A stretch of 64,000 bases of DNA, from NCBI RefSeq assembly GCF_002113885.1, contig NW_018407979.1, positions 360,373-424,372 on the forward strand, given 5' to 3'. A model generated the notes under the pieces. The model had not been told where the DNA came from and searched no databases. It was given only the letters and a program-made list of their open reading frames with translations. The stretch comes from Mizuhopecten yessoensis. Lineage: Eukaryota. A program made the translations under genes and the position numbers. Of this stretch, positions 31,340-44,500 are shown piece after piece (position 1 is the first letter of the stretch; each line of letters starts with the position of its first letter).

Positions 31340-32888
31340 TTAAGTTGCAAATTGAGGAATTTTGCTTATTTTCTTCACCCTAATGTATTTATATGATAGC
31401 AAAATGATTTTAATTTACTGTTGATAAAGACTGTTACCTACACAACATCTGTGGAGGGGACGTGTGTTATATGTCCATGTCGTAGTGTTGTCTACACTAC
31501 AATCATGTGTCTACACCAGATTTGTTATCATGTTATTGGTTTGGACATAGCCAGCATCTTGTGATTTTTAACATTATTCTGCAAAGAACTGCATGAGTTG
31601 CGGTGATTGGAGCCATAACTGTGTGGAGTCGGTGAAGCTTCGTCTCATGAGGAACTTATAGCATAGTGTGGAAAGAATTATATGCACCATGCCAGGCTCA
31701 ATCGCCACGTGTAAAGAATGAAAGTACCTGTGAATGTTATTAACCCTTTCACCCCTAGGCTATTTAAGTAGACTCGACCATACATTTATCTGAATGAGTC
31801 AATTTTGGTCCACAGTGATGGAAGGGTTAATTTTAAAACAATGTTGTGTGAGGGTGTTCAAATCTGCCTCATATTTTTTCCGATTCCAGTGCATTTTAAA
31901 TTTGTCAGCATTAATTTATGATTGTACAGAAATTAAACTTAATCTTGGTTTAATACAATATGTGTAATGTTTTAACATTTAAGTGTAAAGTACAGCTGAC
32001 CATTTTATACTATTCCACGGACCGTGTGAATGAGACATAAAACCACAGCCTTGGGATTGAAAAAAGACAATCTGATGGATAACATACAAGTTGAACTATT
32101 TTCAATATTCTACATGAAAATTCAGACACATTTTAATATATATTGAAACAAGTCCAAGTTATAATAATTTATTGAAGGCTTGTCTTCTAACTTATCAAAG
32201 ACTTGTTTGGATAATGCTTTAGATACAATTTTCTGTCAATATTAATTAGCGATCTTTTCATGATCACATTGTTCTCCAAGGAATCAAATATCACTCGCAT
32301 GGTATATCAATAATTTTAGATTTTTTCTGTGTCTCGTCAAAATTGGACTCCGTCAGCATGGGTACTTCCAAACATTCAGCAAATTGAACACTTGCATTGC
32401 CATCTCACATGAATCATTATTTTCCGATTTTATTTTCACAACCTGTATATATAATGCTGATTATGCTGATTATTTTGTTAAAATATGTGTGTGTATATAA
32501 ATATATATATATAGTTAACAAATATTCAAACAGAATTATTGCAATCTAGAAAAATATTTGATTTTGAAAATTGTTTAAAATTTCATGTGTATGTGTACTG
32601 CAAGTTTGACAGACTTGCCAAAGAAATTCCTTGATGGAAGTTAAATAGGGTTGTCCCTGAGGGGCATGATATTTTATTTTGAAAGTGTTGATACATGCAA
32701 GAGATTGAAACATTGACGTGACAACAGAGCGCCAGTAATGTTACGAGAGCAAAGGAAATAGAGAACTCGTTATTTTAAGAAAGTGTGTTTGATGTGCTAT
32801 TGTTTCTTGAAGTTTTTGTCTTTAATGCTCATCTGTATGAAATAGGAAGCGACCATATTACCTCCCCTAACTACTGATCTTCACCAAT

Positions 32889-33287
32889 TAGTCTACATTC
32901 GCGTATTCCGGGTTGAAACGGTTCAAGTGGCGCAGAAATATTTCACGATAAACGAAGGCACATGGACCCAACTATAGGCAGAGCTAAAAAATGCAGAGTT
33001 TTGGAGAATGAATAACAATATATCAAGAATATTATGTCCTTCTTTCACGCGTCCACTAAATTATATAGCATATCTTAAAATCTGCATCTGGTATGACCTT
33101 GTTTTATAAAGAAATAACGCAAACTAGCAATAGTCAACAATTTAGTTTCGGTCAGGTACGTCTGGACCCCTCAATCTACATGTGCCAAATATTCCTGTGG
33201 TCAGCCTCAGTTCAGATCTGCGCCTATTGTTTTCTTTCCAGGTTCAACCATTTCAACTGGTTGAACCGGATATGCGAAAGAGGCCTT
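32889..33287. mobile_element. Degenerate MITE in the S6K 3' region
   Basis: Inverted ends TTCGCGTATTCCGG...GGCGCAG versus CTGCGCC...CCGGATATGCGAA. Confidence 0.5.
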
Positions 33288-36200
33288 AGTGTTGCTATAC
33301 TATTGAACTGTTGACTGCTTTAATCTATAAAGTTCCAAACAGTTTGATCAGTTGTTTGTGTATGAAATAGGGACAGACTTAGGATCTCATGTTGTTTTCT
33401 GGCAAGCCTTGGGAAACTCTTTCAACGCCTGCATTAACATTTGTTGGTTCGTGAGGCTTTATCTCTGAATTCTTAAATTTGAATATAGATAAACCGGTTT
33501 GTCCACATAAACAAATAGGCCCTAGATGTCATTTTTTTTTATCAAATGTCATGAAATTCATTGCATTGAACTCTGTCCTGTCAAATTTTCAACCCATTAG
33601 TTTAAAGGTAAAACAGTGGAAATTTAACAGGGAATCGCTTCAAGTTGGGTCAGTCCATGATTGACTTATTATCAATCAAATCTGTTATATAAAGAAAAAA
33701 TATAATGATGGTCCTAAAATATATTACAGAGAAATGCACTCTAAAATAAAATTCAACTAAAAACAAAATTTTGAAGCAATTTATTGAACAAAATCACAAC
33801 TAATATTGAGAGGTAATGTTTTGAAGCCGCCACCGAGGATATTTGAGCCGAGGGACACTTGTCTGGATACCTGAAGAAGCCAGCTATATGGGCAAAATAT
33901 TGATCAATTCTGAAAACTAAATCTGTGCACCTGGCGCCTGGTAATAATTGGTCTGGATAGCCCGACTTACATTTAGGTAATAAAATACCTTTTTTAAAAG
34001 TTTGTATTATCAAGTTTGCTATTGATAAGTACGATCAGGAGGGGTGTACAATTCCACAAGCCCGACAGCCCGCACTAGTATATTTTGTAATCGGGCCAGT
34101 AAATATATCTATATTGATTACAGAAGTATTGGTGTAGGTAGATTGTTCCCCAAATCTCCCTGTAGGCAAGTACATAACAAATGAGATTGTATGCCCCTGA
34201 CGATTGACTATAGATAATCTTACTAAAAAATTGAGGTAAAATCATTAGAAAGCTGGGCCCAGTGGTTTGAACCTGAACAGATATTAAAGGAAAGGGTTGC
34301 GGGTTCGAGTCACGTCACGGCACACCGACCCAAATTCTCGAAAGGCGATTTTTAAGAAATATCTGAAAGCTTACAAGTGTTTTTCTGGATGATAATCTAA
34401 AATCTCTTTATATGTAATTTTAGTTCTGATTCTCGATATGCTTTGTAAATATATATGTTTATGTATGCTGACTTGTCGTTGGAGTAATTTGAGCTTGACC
34501 AATTGGGACCAGTAGAAAAACTGAAGACACTTAATGTGCATCTTATGATAAATATTTGATATAAATGTGATTGTGTCACTCAAACTTACTCCAGCAATGC
34601 GGTCTCTTTCCTTTCAAACATATCTTATAATACAAAGAGTTTCCAATGGAAATCTTCCAAAGTAAAGGGAGGTAATTTGGTAGTGTCCCATTATGAAAGG
34701 TGTACATATGTATATTATGATGAAAGCAATTGTTTATTAAGTACTGAATGGGAAGTTACTTTTATGTCTCACATATATTTGTCACTATTTAATGCATAAG
34801 CTTATGTTTGTGTGTCTATAAAAAAAAAGTATTTTGGAGAGAGAGAGAGACTTCAAATATTGTTATAAAATATATGTTCTTTTTGTTGTTTTTGTTGATA
34901 AAATAACCTCATCTCCCCTTATGGATGAATGGACTGAACCATAATTGAGAGACAGCAAAACCTATTATGCAAACTCAGGGATGAGGGGTTATTTGTGGAG
35001 AAAAATGAACTTAGTTTTCATTTTTTTAATGTATTTAACCCTTTCACCACTGTGGACCACAATGGACTCATCCAGATAAATGTATGGCAGAGTCTAAAAA
35101 AGTTACTTAGGGGTGAAAGGGTTAAAATAAGTATTGCCAATTTGTGCGTGCATGTAATTTCTTTCAATTCACTTCTAACAGCTGTTTTCAAAATTTTTTC
35201 TCCAAAGATAGTTTTGAACAATTTTTTATTCAAAGCGTGTTTTTTTTCTTTCTTTTAGATATGAAAACTTTGCTGATGAAGTGTCATGGTAGTACTGACA
35301 CGTTTGTATAGATGTAGATATCTGTTTTAGCTGAAGACAGAATTATAATTTAACTTTGTAACACACATCATCAAGGTCGTCATTTATACTGAAGAATTTG
35401 CTGCGTTGGAACAGGTCCAATAAAGATTGAAAATTAAACATTTTCCCGTAGATAACTTTGTATTAAACATGATATAAAAACACATATGGCTGCTTAAAAT
35501 GATGGTACAGCTGATCAAAAAAAATTAAAAGGACATTTAGGCATAGTAGATATATTAGGCATAGTAGATATATAACTCTGCCAATATCTTCAAATCAAAT
35601 ATTTCACTGTTCCCTCTCTTATTGCAAACTTTTCAGGTTTTTGTTCACTGGTAGTACATCTTCACCTGTAACAAATATTCAATAATGCCAGCTGCATACC
35701 AACCAATGTTCTAGGTCTCCAAAAGTTCTTTATGAACATGCTTTGTTTTTAATTGTTTAAAAAAAAATAGACCACTGTATCTGTTTCATGCAGATTAAAC
35801 TAATTGAAGGTGAAAATCTGTTGTTAATATAATGAGTAATTATTTTAAATACTAGGGCAGAATCAAACATGACAACACAGGAGTTTGCTTAAGAAGCAGT
35901 TTCATAATTTATGGCGACCTACCCAATGTTGAAATATCCCTTAATATGACGATAGCACTGAACATTATTTATTTGATGGAAAACACAGATGTCATTGTAA
36001 AAATCATGTATAAAGAACATATTGTTGAATTCACTGGACGTTACATCTGTATAACCGTTTAAGGTTGTCTTTGCCTTAATAGTTTTTGTTGCCAATTTTT
36101 AGATTTTATTTTCAAATTTATTTATTTGTAACTATTATTTAGAGAATTTGTGTGTTGATAACGTTCTGGTTCAGAATGACATGTATATATAAAACGACAG

Positions 36201-37667
36201 GTATTGTAAAAATTGTATAGATTACAACACTTTGTTGCCCCCCACCCCCTACCCCTCACCCCTCCCCCTCCCATTTAGACTGCTTTGTAGATACACAGGT
36301 ATGTGTTTTAGTTTGTTGTACAGTTTTTATAAACTGTAATTCTCCAGGATGAAACCTCACAGTTAGAGAAAATTGTAGTAATAGACCATGAACCCCTTTT
36401 TTTCCAGATTCATTAGATTTTAATAAATTCATTTCCTAAATATGTTCATCCAGATGTTTTAAGAATCATTAGAGTCAAGGCCGTATTTTCTTTAGAAATG
36501 AAATCGAAGATCACAATTGTACTTTCAATATTTGCTAAATTGTAAAGATATTTTGTTTAGTTATTTTTCCATTCACATCTATGAAAATATATTAGAATAT
36601 TGATGCAGAGCTTTTCATATCTGTGATAAGCCTAGTACATAATAGAAAAGGTGTCATACAGGTGCTCGGCTTACTTGTGAATTTGACCATATTCAGAGGA
36701 AAAGCTTGTGTCCAGAAACCTTGATACTCACTAATGTGATTGAAGGGTTTGTTACAGACCATGGGCTTGGCTTATCTATACTTCTTCAATTTGATGCCCA
36801 TTTAGTGCTAATACTGCGTGTGTGATTTTCTCCGTATCGTACCATAATCTTAACCAACTTAAATCAGTTCTTGCTTACACTGTTAAAAGATTTACTTATT
36901 GTTCAATACTATAGAAAGACAATCTTACGTACGGACAGGGGATAGTTATATATTTCGTACCAGCAAAGCTGTTTTGGGTCGTAGTTCCATAAAATGAAAT
37001 TAATATTCTGAATGTACTCTTCCTTGCTTAATATTCCATAATTCAATGCTCTCAGTTAACTGGAAAAATACCCTGTGGCTATTACAGGGAACTTATATTA
37101 GAGGCCCTGCTACTCTCCTTCTGGTCATGTTCAGTCCTCTCGAGGAAACATCACACTGTAGTACTTACCCGATACATTCTAGCTTGATAGATAAATAGAT
37201 TTTTTGTTCGTTTATTATGTTAAAGAGTTACAATGAACAGGGAAATGCTCTAATCAGGTGGAGAATTATGTAAAAGTGAAACTTATCATATGTAGAATTG
37301 TTTCATAAATATTATCAGAAATTTAAATATTCTTTTCAATTAGGAAAATCCATTTTAGTGTTTCTAGTTGGCTAATTGCTACCCCTGGAAAGCTGTCCGC
37401 ACTAGTAAATGGATGCATCAATCTCTGTTATAACTTCTAACTCTCTTTATTAGTTAATGGCAATTCGTATCGTAATTTGGTTTTATATGCAGTACACAAT
37501 GTTACCTAATAAAGAGTAAGTGTTTTGTGCCATCCTGAAACTTGACAGGTATTTATTTGATATGGAATAATAATAAGATATTGGAAAAGATTTGAAAAAT
37601 TTATGTTATTAAATCATGCAGAAAGTGTACTGTAATCTTTTATTTGTCTTTGTGTTCAGTTTATTAG

Positions 37668-37890
37668 TTCCCAGCCAGTTACCAGTGGGATATTCCCCAC
37701 CAGTTACCAGTGGGATATTCCCCCACCAGTTACCAGTGGTATAATCCTCACCAGTTACCAGTGGGATATTCTCCACCAGTTACCAGTGGGATATTCCCCA
37801 CCAGTTACCAGTGGGATATTCCCCACCAGTTACCAGTGGTATATTCCTCACCAGTTACCAGTGGGATATTCCCCCACCAGTTACCAGATG
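37668..37890. repeat. 25-bp minisatellite (CCAGTTACCAGTGGGATATTCCCCA)n, about 8-9 copies
   Basis: Directly visible tandem array abutting a HINE-like element. Confidence 0.9.
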
Positions 37891-38510
37891 GGATTACAGG
37901 TTTGCACTCGGTGCATTCGTCCGTTCTTCCATCAGTTCCTCGTCTGAAAATTTGTCCAGGACATATTTTCTATACTACATAATGTGTTTCACCTGGAGTA
38001 ACATGATTTGGTATGCAAGTGCATCTTGAGATGGTGGAGAACCTTTGAACTTAACCTTAGAAAAATTTGTCCTGGGCATGTCTTTTATATCATTTATTTC
38101 ACAATAACCAGACTTTGTTTGCAAGTATATCTCTGGATCACAGAGTGTAGAAAACAAGAAACAGGTCACTGTATCCTATGCTTTGACCTTAACCTTTTAA
38201 CTCATTCACCCCTGAAGACACATTTGAACCCTTCCAATTCAAAGGTTGGAATAGTTCATTATAAAATGTCAGAGGTGAATGAGTTAAAAAGAGTGTCCAC
38301 AGCATATCTTCTCTGCTATTTCACCAAGATTAACAAGATTCAGGATGTAAATACATGATGGCAGAGTGCAGTGTGTGAAAAGTAGGTCACTGTGATGTAT
38401 GCTTTGACCTCTGACCTCAAGTCATTGGAAAGGTTTGTCTGGAGCATAAATCATATACCATTACCTGGAGTAACCAGATTTGGTATGCAAGTACATCTTT
38501 GGATGCTGAG
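37890..38510 (-). mobile_element. Helentron/HINE-like non-autonomous element with internal subrepeats
   Basis: Decayed (TCCG)n-like tract followed by repeated blocks (gatttggtatgcaagt.catctt; ggtcactgt...ctttgacct); interrupted by a family-B MITE and truncated by the retroelement downstream. Confidence 0.5.
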
Positions 38511-39760
38511 GGTGGTGTTGCCACTGGTGCTGTACAAGTTTCCAATGACAACTGTTTAAATGATGGAGTGAAGATTCAGTGCAAATTTCCTAAGATGGCT
38601 AAGGTCCATTGGTTTATTCAGTCACACATCCGAGCTACAGTTGCCCTTAACATCACTGGTTTAGGAGTTCAAAGTGGCGAAGTGCCCTTAACATCACTGG
38701 TTTAGGAGTTCAAAGTGGCGAAGTGCCGACTTGTGATGACTCTGGAAGATGAGAAAATTTGAAGAGCAGGAGTGGTTACAAGAACCAGCAGAAAATGGTC
38801 AGCCAGTAGCACCATCAAGAGAGCAGAAGAGTTTCGAGACATCATTAGCAATGTATGTAGTGGTGGCAGATAAGGGCTAGGCAACAGCACTAAATTCAGA
38901 GAGTGGAGCAAAGCAGGAACCAAAAGAAAAGAGAGAAATGGTTCAAGGAGAGATCAGAAGAGCGGGGAAGGAGATATAGAAAGCCAGAACAGTATCACTG
39001 GGCAAGCAAGGAACCTTGACACTCCTGAACAGCCAGAAAGACAATCGACATGGCAGGAAATATGGAGAATCTAGCCTTACTGTATCTCATCCCTACTGAG
39101 GTCCGTCTATGATGTTTTTCCATCTCCAGTTAACTTGGCAAAGGGGGCTGGTGGAATCCTCAGAGTGTAAGTTGTGTGGAGATTATGGAACAATGACCTA
39201 CATTGTCTGGTTGTTAAGTTGCATTACATCAAGGAAACCTGAGTTTGTTCAGTTTGTTAAGGTGTGGGAGAAACTAGTCTCTTAGATGGAGCATCATGGA
39301 AAATGTAAGTCGACCTGGGGAAGAAGATGGTTTTCTCATCAATCGTTCAGACTACCACTTGGCCTGATGCAGTACTGTGGTCATCCCAGCAGAAGATAAT
39401 CATACTTGTAGAGTTGACCATTCCATGGGCCGAATGGTGCAGGAAGGCACATCAGTGCAAGAGCTCCAAGTACCAGGAACTGATTGAGATATGCAGACAA
39501 TGGGGCTGGAAAGCATGGCTGTTCCCTGTAGAAGTTGGATGGCAGGGATTCCCAGCAGACTGTATGGTATGGAGACCCTTCAAGAGCATTGGGACCAATG
39601 GACACCAGAGACGAGCGGCCATACGCAGACTTGGCAAGCAGGCAGAGCCTACTTGTTGGCTTTGGCATCTCAGGAGAGGACAGAGATGGGGACCATACAG
39701 CGATACACAGTGGCTGGTTAACACTGTGAACCAACAAAGTCAGATGTAGTGGTTAGAGCA
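38510..39760 (+). mobile_element. Decayed 5'-truncated non-LTR retrotransposon with restriction-like endonuclease (HERO-clade-like)
   Basis: Frameshifted segments EFKVAKCRLVMTL...AGVVTRTSRKWSAS, a CxxC zinc-knuckle remnant (ECKLCG), and a PD-(D/E)xK-type region WPDAVLWSSQQKIIILVELTIPW...KSSKYQEL...GWKAWLFPVEVGWQGF...WLWHLR; multiple stops and frameshifts. Confidence 0.85.
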
Positions 39761-40069
39761 ATGTTACAGAGATCCTACTGAAGCCAAACTTGGGAACCAC
39801 ATCTGACATTTAAGGTCATGAAGATGGTACCATGTATCTGCAGAGAATGAAGCCACTTTAAAAGTTCCATCACAAAGAACTTTTTATAATCTGGACTCAG
39901 CAGCATGACACTTCATGATCACCTGGTCACAATATTCTGACACATCCTAACCAAATGTGACCAAGGTGAAGTGTCATGCTGCTGTGTCCAGATTATGAAA
40001 TATCTGCAGACACCATCTTCATGACCTTAGATGTTGCAGTGGGACACAAACATCTGAACGATGATCAAA

Positions 40070-41546
40070 AAAAACAAGAGGCCCACCTCTCGCATCAACG
40101 ACCTTTAATAAACAAGAGGCCCAATTGGACTGTATCTCTCACCTGTTATCCCTCTCGCATCAACGACCTTTAACAAACAAGAGGCCCAATTGGACTGTAT
40201 CTCCCACCTGTTACCGTCTCGCATCTACGACCTTTAATAAACAAGAGGCCCAATTGGACTGTATCTCTCACCTGATAAGCCTCTTGCATCAAGGACCTTT
40301 AATAAACAAGAGGCCCAATTGGACTGTATCTCTCACCTGTTATCTCTCTTGCATCAATGACCTTAAATAAACAAAGAGACCCAGTTGGACTGTATCTCAC
40401 CTGTTATCCCTCTCGCATCAATGAACTTTAATAAACAAGAGACCCAATTGGACTATCTCTCACCTGTTATCCCTCCCGCATCAATGACCTTTAATAAACA
40501 AGAGGCCCAATTGGACTGTATCTCTCACCTGTTATCCCACTCGCATCAATGACCTTTAATAAACAAGAGGCCCACCTCTCGCATCAATGACATTTAATAA
40601 ACAAGAGGCCCAATTGGACTGTATCCCTCACCTGTTATCCCTCTCGCATCAATGACCTTTAATAAACAAAAGGCCCAATTGGACTGTATCTCTCACCTGT
40701 TATCCCTCGCATCTATGACCTTTAATAAACAAGAGACCCAATTGGACTGCATCTCTCACCTGTTATCCCTCTCGCATCAATGACCTTGAATAAACAAGAG
40801 GCCCAATTGGACTGTATCTCTCACCTGTTATCCCTCCCGCATCAATGACCTTTAATAAACAAAAGGCCCAATTGGACTGTATCTCTCACCTGTTATCCCT
40901 CCCGCATCAATGGCCTTTAATAAACAAGAGGCCCAATTGGACTGTATCCCTCACCTGTTATCCCTCTCGCATCAATGACCTTGAATAAACAAGAGGCCCA
41001 ATTGGACTGTATCTCTCACCTGATAAGCCTCTCGCATCAACGACCTTTAATAAACAAGAGGACCACCTCTCGCATCAACGACCTTTAATAAACAAGAGAC
41101 CCAATTGGACTGCATCTCTCACCTGTTATCCCTCTCGCATCAATGACATTTTAATAAACAAGAGGCCCAATTAGACTGTATCTCTCACCTGTTATCCCTC
41201 TCGCATCAATGACATTTAATAAACAAGAGGCCCAATTGGACTGTATCCCTCACCTGTTATCCCTCCCGCATCAATGACATTTTAATAAACAAGAGGCCCA
41301 ATTGGACTGTATCCCTCACCTGTTATCCCTCTCGCATCAATGACCTTGAATAAACAAGAGGCCCAATTGGACTGTATCTCTCACCTGTTATCTCTCTTGC
41401 ATCAATGACCTTAAATAAACAAAGAGACCCAATTGGACTGTATCTCTCACCTGTTTTCCCTTCCGCATCAATGACCTTTAATAAACAAGAGGCCCATTTG
41501 GACTGTATCTCTCACCTGTTATCCCTCTCGCATCTATGACCTTCAA
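40070..41546. repeat. 65-bp satellite (AATAAACAAGAGGCCCAATTGGACTGTATCTCTCACCTGTTATCCCTCTCGCATCAATGACCTTT)n, about 23 units with 38-bp deletion variants
   Basis: Directly visible tandem array; period measured from 40107 to 40172. Confidence 0.95.
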
Positions 41547-44500
41547 TACACTGCCATAAAGAGTATGAGTAGGTAAGAGGGAAATGAAAATATCAAAGCT
41601 GCAACATAATGAAAATGTGCATTATCCGACGTACACCACATCAGCTGTGAGAGAGCCAGATGTTGTTGTCGACAGGCAGGTTTGAGCATGAACACCGGGG
41701 GGTAGGTCAAACAAATCCTGATACTTCATACTTTTCTAAATGCATTACAAAAATTTACTGTAAAGGTCCAACACATAAAACAACAATTAAATGCTGATAA
41801 ACGTTTCTTGAATGATTTATTTGCAACAATCAATACAAAACAATGATTAATAAATATATTATTTTGCCTATTGCCTCTATATAATGGAAAATTGGCCACA
41901 GTATTACAACATACCGGTACACCAAAGGTACACCGTGTACACCATCCACACAAAATTTGTACTGCATTCTCTCCCGATAGCTACGATTTATTTACTTATA
42001 GAAGTCTTTTTTTACACGAGATCAAATGTGAAAGATGTTTTTCTTGAAACTACAAAATTTACATAGAAATATTAAGCAAATTGCCTTATAACTGTAGTTA
42101 TTCCCAGAACTGAAAATTTTGAAATGCAGTGAAAAGGGATTACATAAATATTGTCCTCATATACAAATGTTCCACATTTACTGTTCATATTTATCATATG
42201 AATACCATGTTATGCAGTGTCATAAAGCCATCACATAGATTATGTTTATGTAACGTGTGTACTACCACTCCGGAAATGACGTCACAATCAAATATGAACA
42301 ATCAATGTGACGTCACGTCATTGTGAAGTGGACGCCATTTTCATCGTTTCAGAAGAGGCCAAGTGCAAAAATATTCGTTTCAGATCACAACTATACAGTT
42401 TACTTTGTACGATATGATAAAAAGAATCTGTCATTCGTTTCCCTTCATATTAGATTGATGATACTCGCCAGAGGCTCGCAAACATTGAAAATCCATAACT
42501 TGTATCGTAAATCTAATATAAAGGGAAACTTATGACAGATCCTCTAAAAAGAACAGAAACATCATTCTCAGTGTTATTTCCCATTTTTTTCCACACAAAA
42601 TGTGAAAACAATTTTATAACAGACATGGAAAGAACTACAAGACTTAGTTTGGAATGGTAACTACATAAATATCTGATGTTATAAACTTTTGATGTCAAAG
42701 TATGAAATTTCTCTTTCCTTTCTCTCATGCTTCATAGGTCATTTGAAGGAAAACGTGAAAAACATTTATTTTGACAAACAAGTTGAAGAGTCACATGTAG
42801 TAACCTTAGAATGAAATGCTGATGCTCTCGTCAGAAGAGCAAATATCAGGTACAGAATAGTTCACACAGATAATTTGATTTCCGCAAATTTCCTTTGTTA
42901 AATAAATTCAACAAATGGATACAGCGACAGGCTATATGCCTATCCGAGTACTCTCCATATCGGTAGCAATATATCTAGTATAAATAGATTTAGAAGATTA
43001 GTTTTTCACTTCCATGCGATTTCACTGGTTTTATCAGAGTAGAGATAAATTCGTTATTTTAATATCTAAATAATATCACTTATATCATGGCCTCAGACAC
43101 ACATACTTCGATAATTACCTTGAAGATGTATCAAAGCATACAACAAACCAAGGCAAACTTTATTCCTATTTATAATGAAACCACGTTTTCATTGAAATTC
43201 TAGATCTGTTAAATATTAAACTTAGGTACTGCCTTCTAAAGTTCAAAAGTGAAATTTTCATTTTGGAATAGGAAGTTATTTACAGCACAGGGGCATGACA
43301 CTAACCCCCAATTCCACAGTCTGTATAAATGTATTTGTATCTACAGCACAGGGGCATGGCATCAACCCCGAACTCCACACTGTATATATATATGTATCTA
43401 TAATATACAAAATGTTGGGAAGTGGATTGGTGCCAAGCCCCTGTGGTTTACAGCATCAAATCACCCTGTCAATAAAATCAGTTAAACACACTCTATTGCT
43501 CTTGAAGAGCAGACCTTAGTTATATGTCTGATAGTACTTTCTCCCAACATATAAAAACATGTAACATTTGTAGGCAATCACAATACGTACAACACACTTG
43601 GTATACAAATTAATTTAGACATATTACATATATCTTGAATCGGAAGGATGTACCAATATGAAAAATGTTAACAGCTTTCTGAAGCTTATTGAAGAACTGA
43701 TATCTATTATTCATAAATAGATGGTTAATTAAATACTTATTCAAATTCAGTCTCACAGAGAGTCTGACTCCTAAGAAATTTTTGAAAAGTTTTTGTCTTG
43801 TCCTTAACCCATTCACCCCCTGAAGACACATGTGATCTCTTCCAATTCAAAGGCTGGAATAGTTCATTATAAAATTTCAGGGGTGAATGAGTTAATGATT
43901 TAAAATTGTTGCTATGAAAATCTAGCATCGATACAAACCACTTTTATATTTGAAGTTATAATTATACAGGTACATGTAGCTGAAACAAATGTTTTATGAC
44001 CATTTGTTTAAGTGGAATCATTTAAGTTTCACAGCATATATGCCAGTATAAATGGGTCCTGTGTAAACAAAAAAATATTCTCTTTACAGAAATATTGTCA
44101 GTTTTCACTGTAATGCAATCTATTGAATGATGTATGAGAAAATGCCATTACAATTATACATACACAAGTTTTACGTAAACAAAAATTCACTGATGGAATA
44201 TCTCCAAATATTTCAATCAATACTGTCTTAAAATGCTCAACCATGACAAAAAAATAAAAAAAAACTTAAATGATTTTGACTCAACACTGAAGGTTAATTA
44301 CAATGCACTTGTGAATGATATCTTAAGCTGTTTTACACAATTCTTACTTCAAATTCATACACTTGCTGAGAAAATCATAAACACTGCTAGTAAAAATAGG
44401 TGTTCAATATCTACAAAGAAAATGATTCCTGAACCAGTTGTTTTAATATTGCAGTTATAAAAAAGAGGAATTGTTCCAACTAAACTTAATCTAATTTGGA

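Noticed and set aside
35274-35312. CTGATGA followed by a GTGTCA/TGACAC hairpin as a hammerhead ribozyme
   Set aside because: No GAAA box follows the hairpin.
39327-39749. 140-aa ORF as a host gene
   Set aside because: It is the endonuclease region of a decayed non-LTR retrotransposon, with upstream frameshifts and stops.
40070-41546. Regularly spaced repeats resembling a CRISPR array
   Set aside because: Units are repeated end to end with no unique spacers, there are no cas genes, and the context is eukaryotic.
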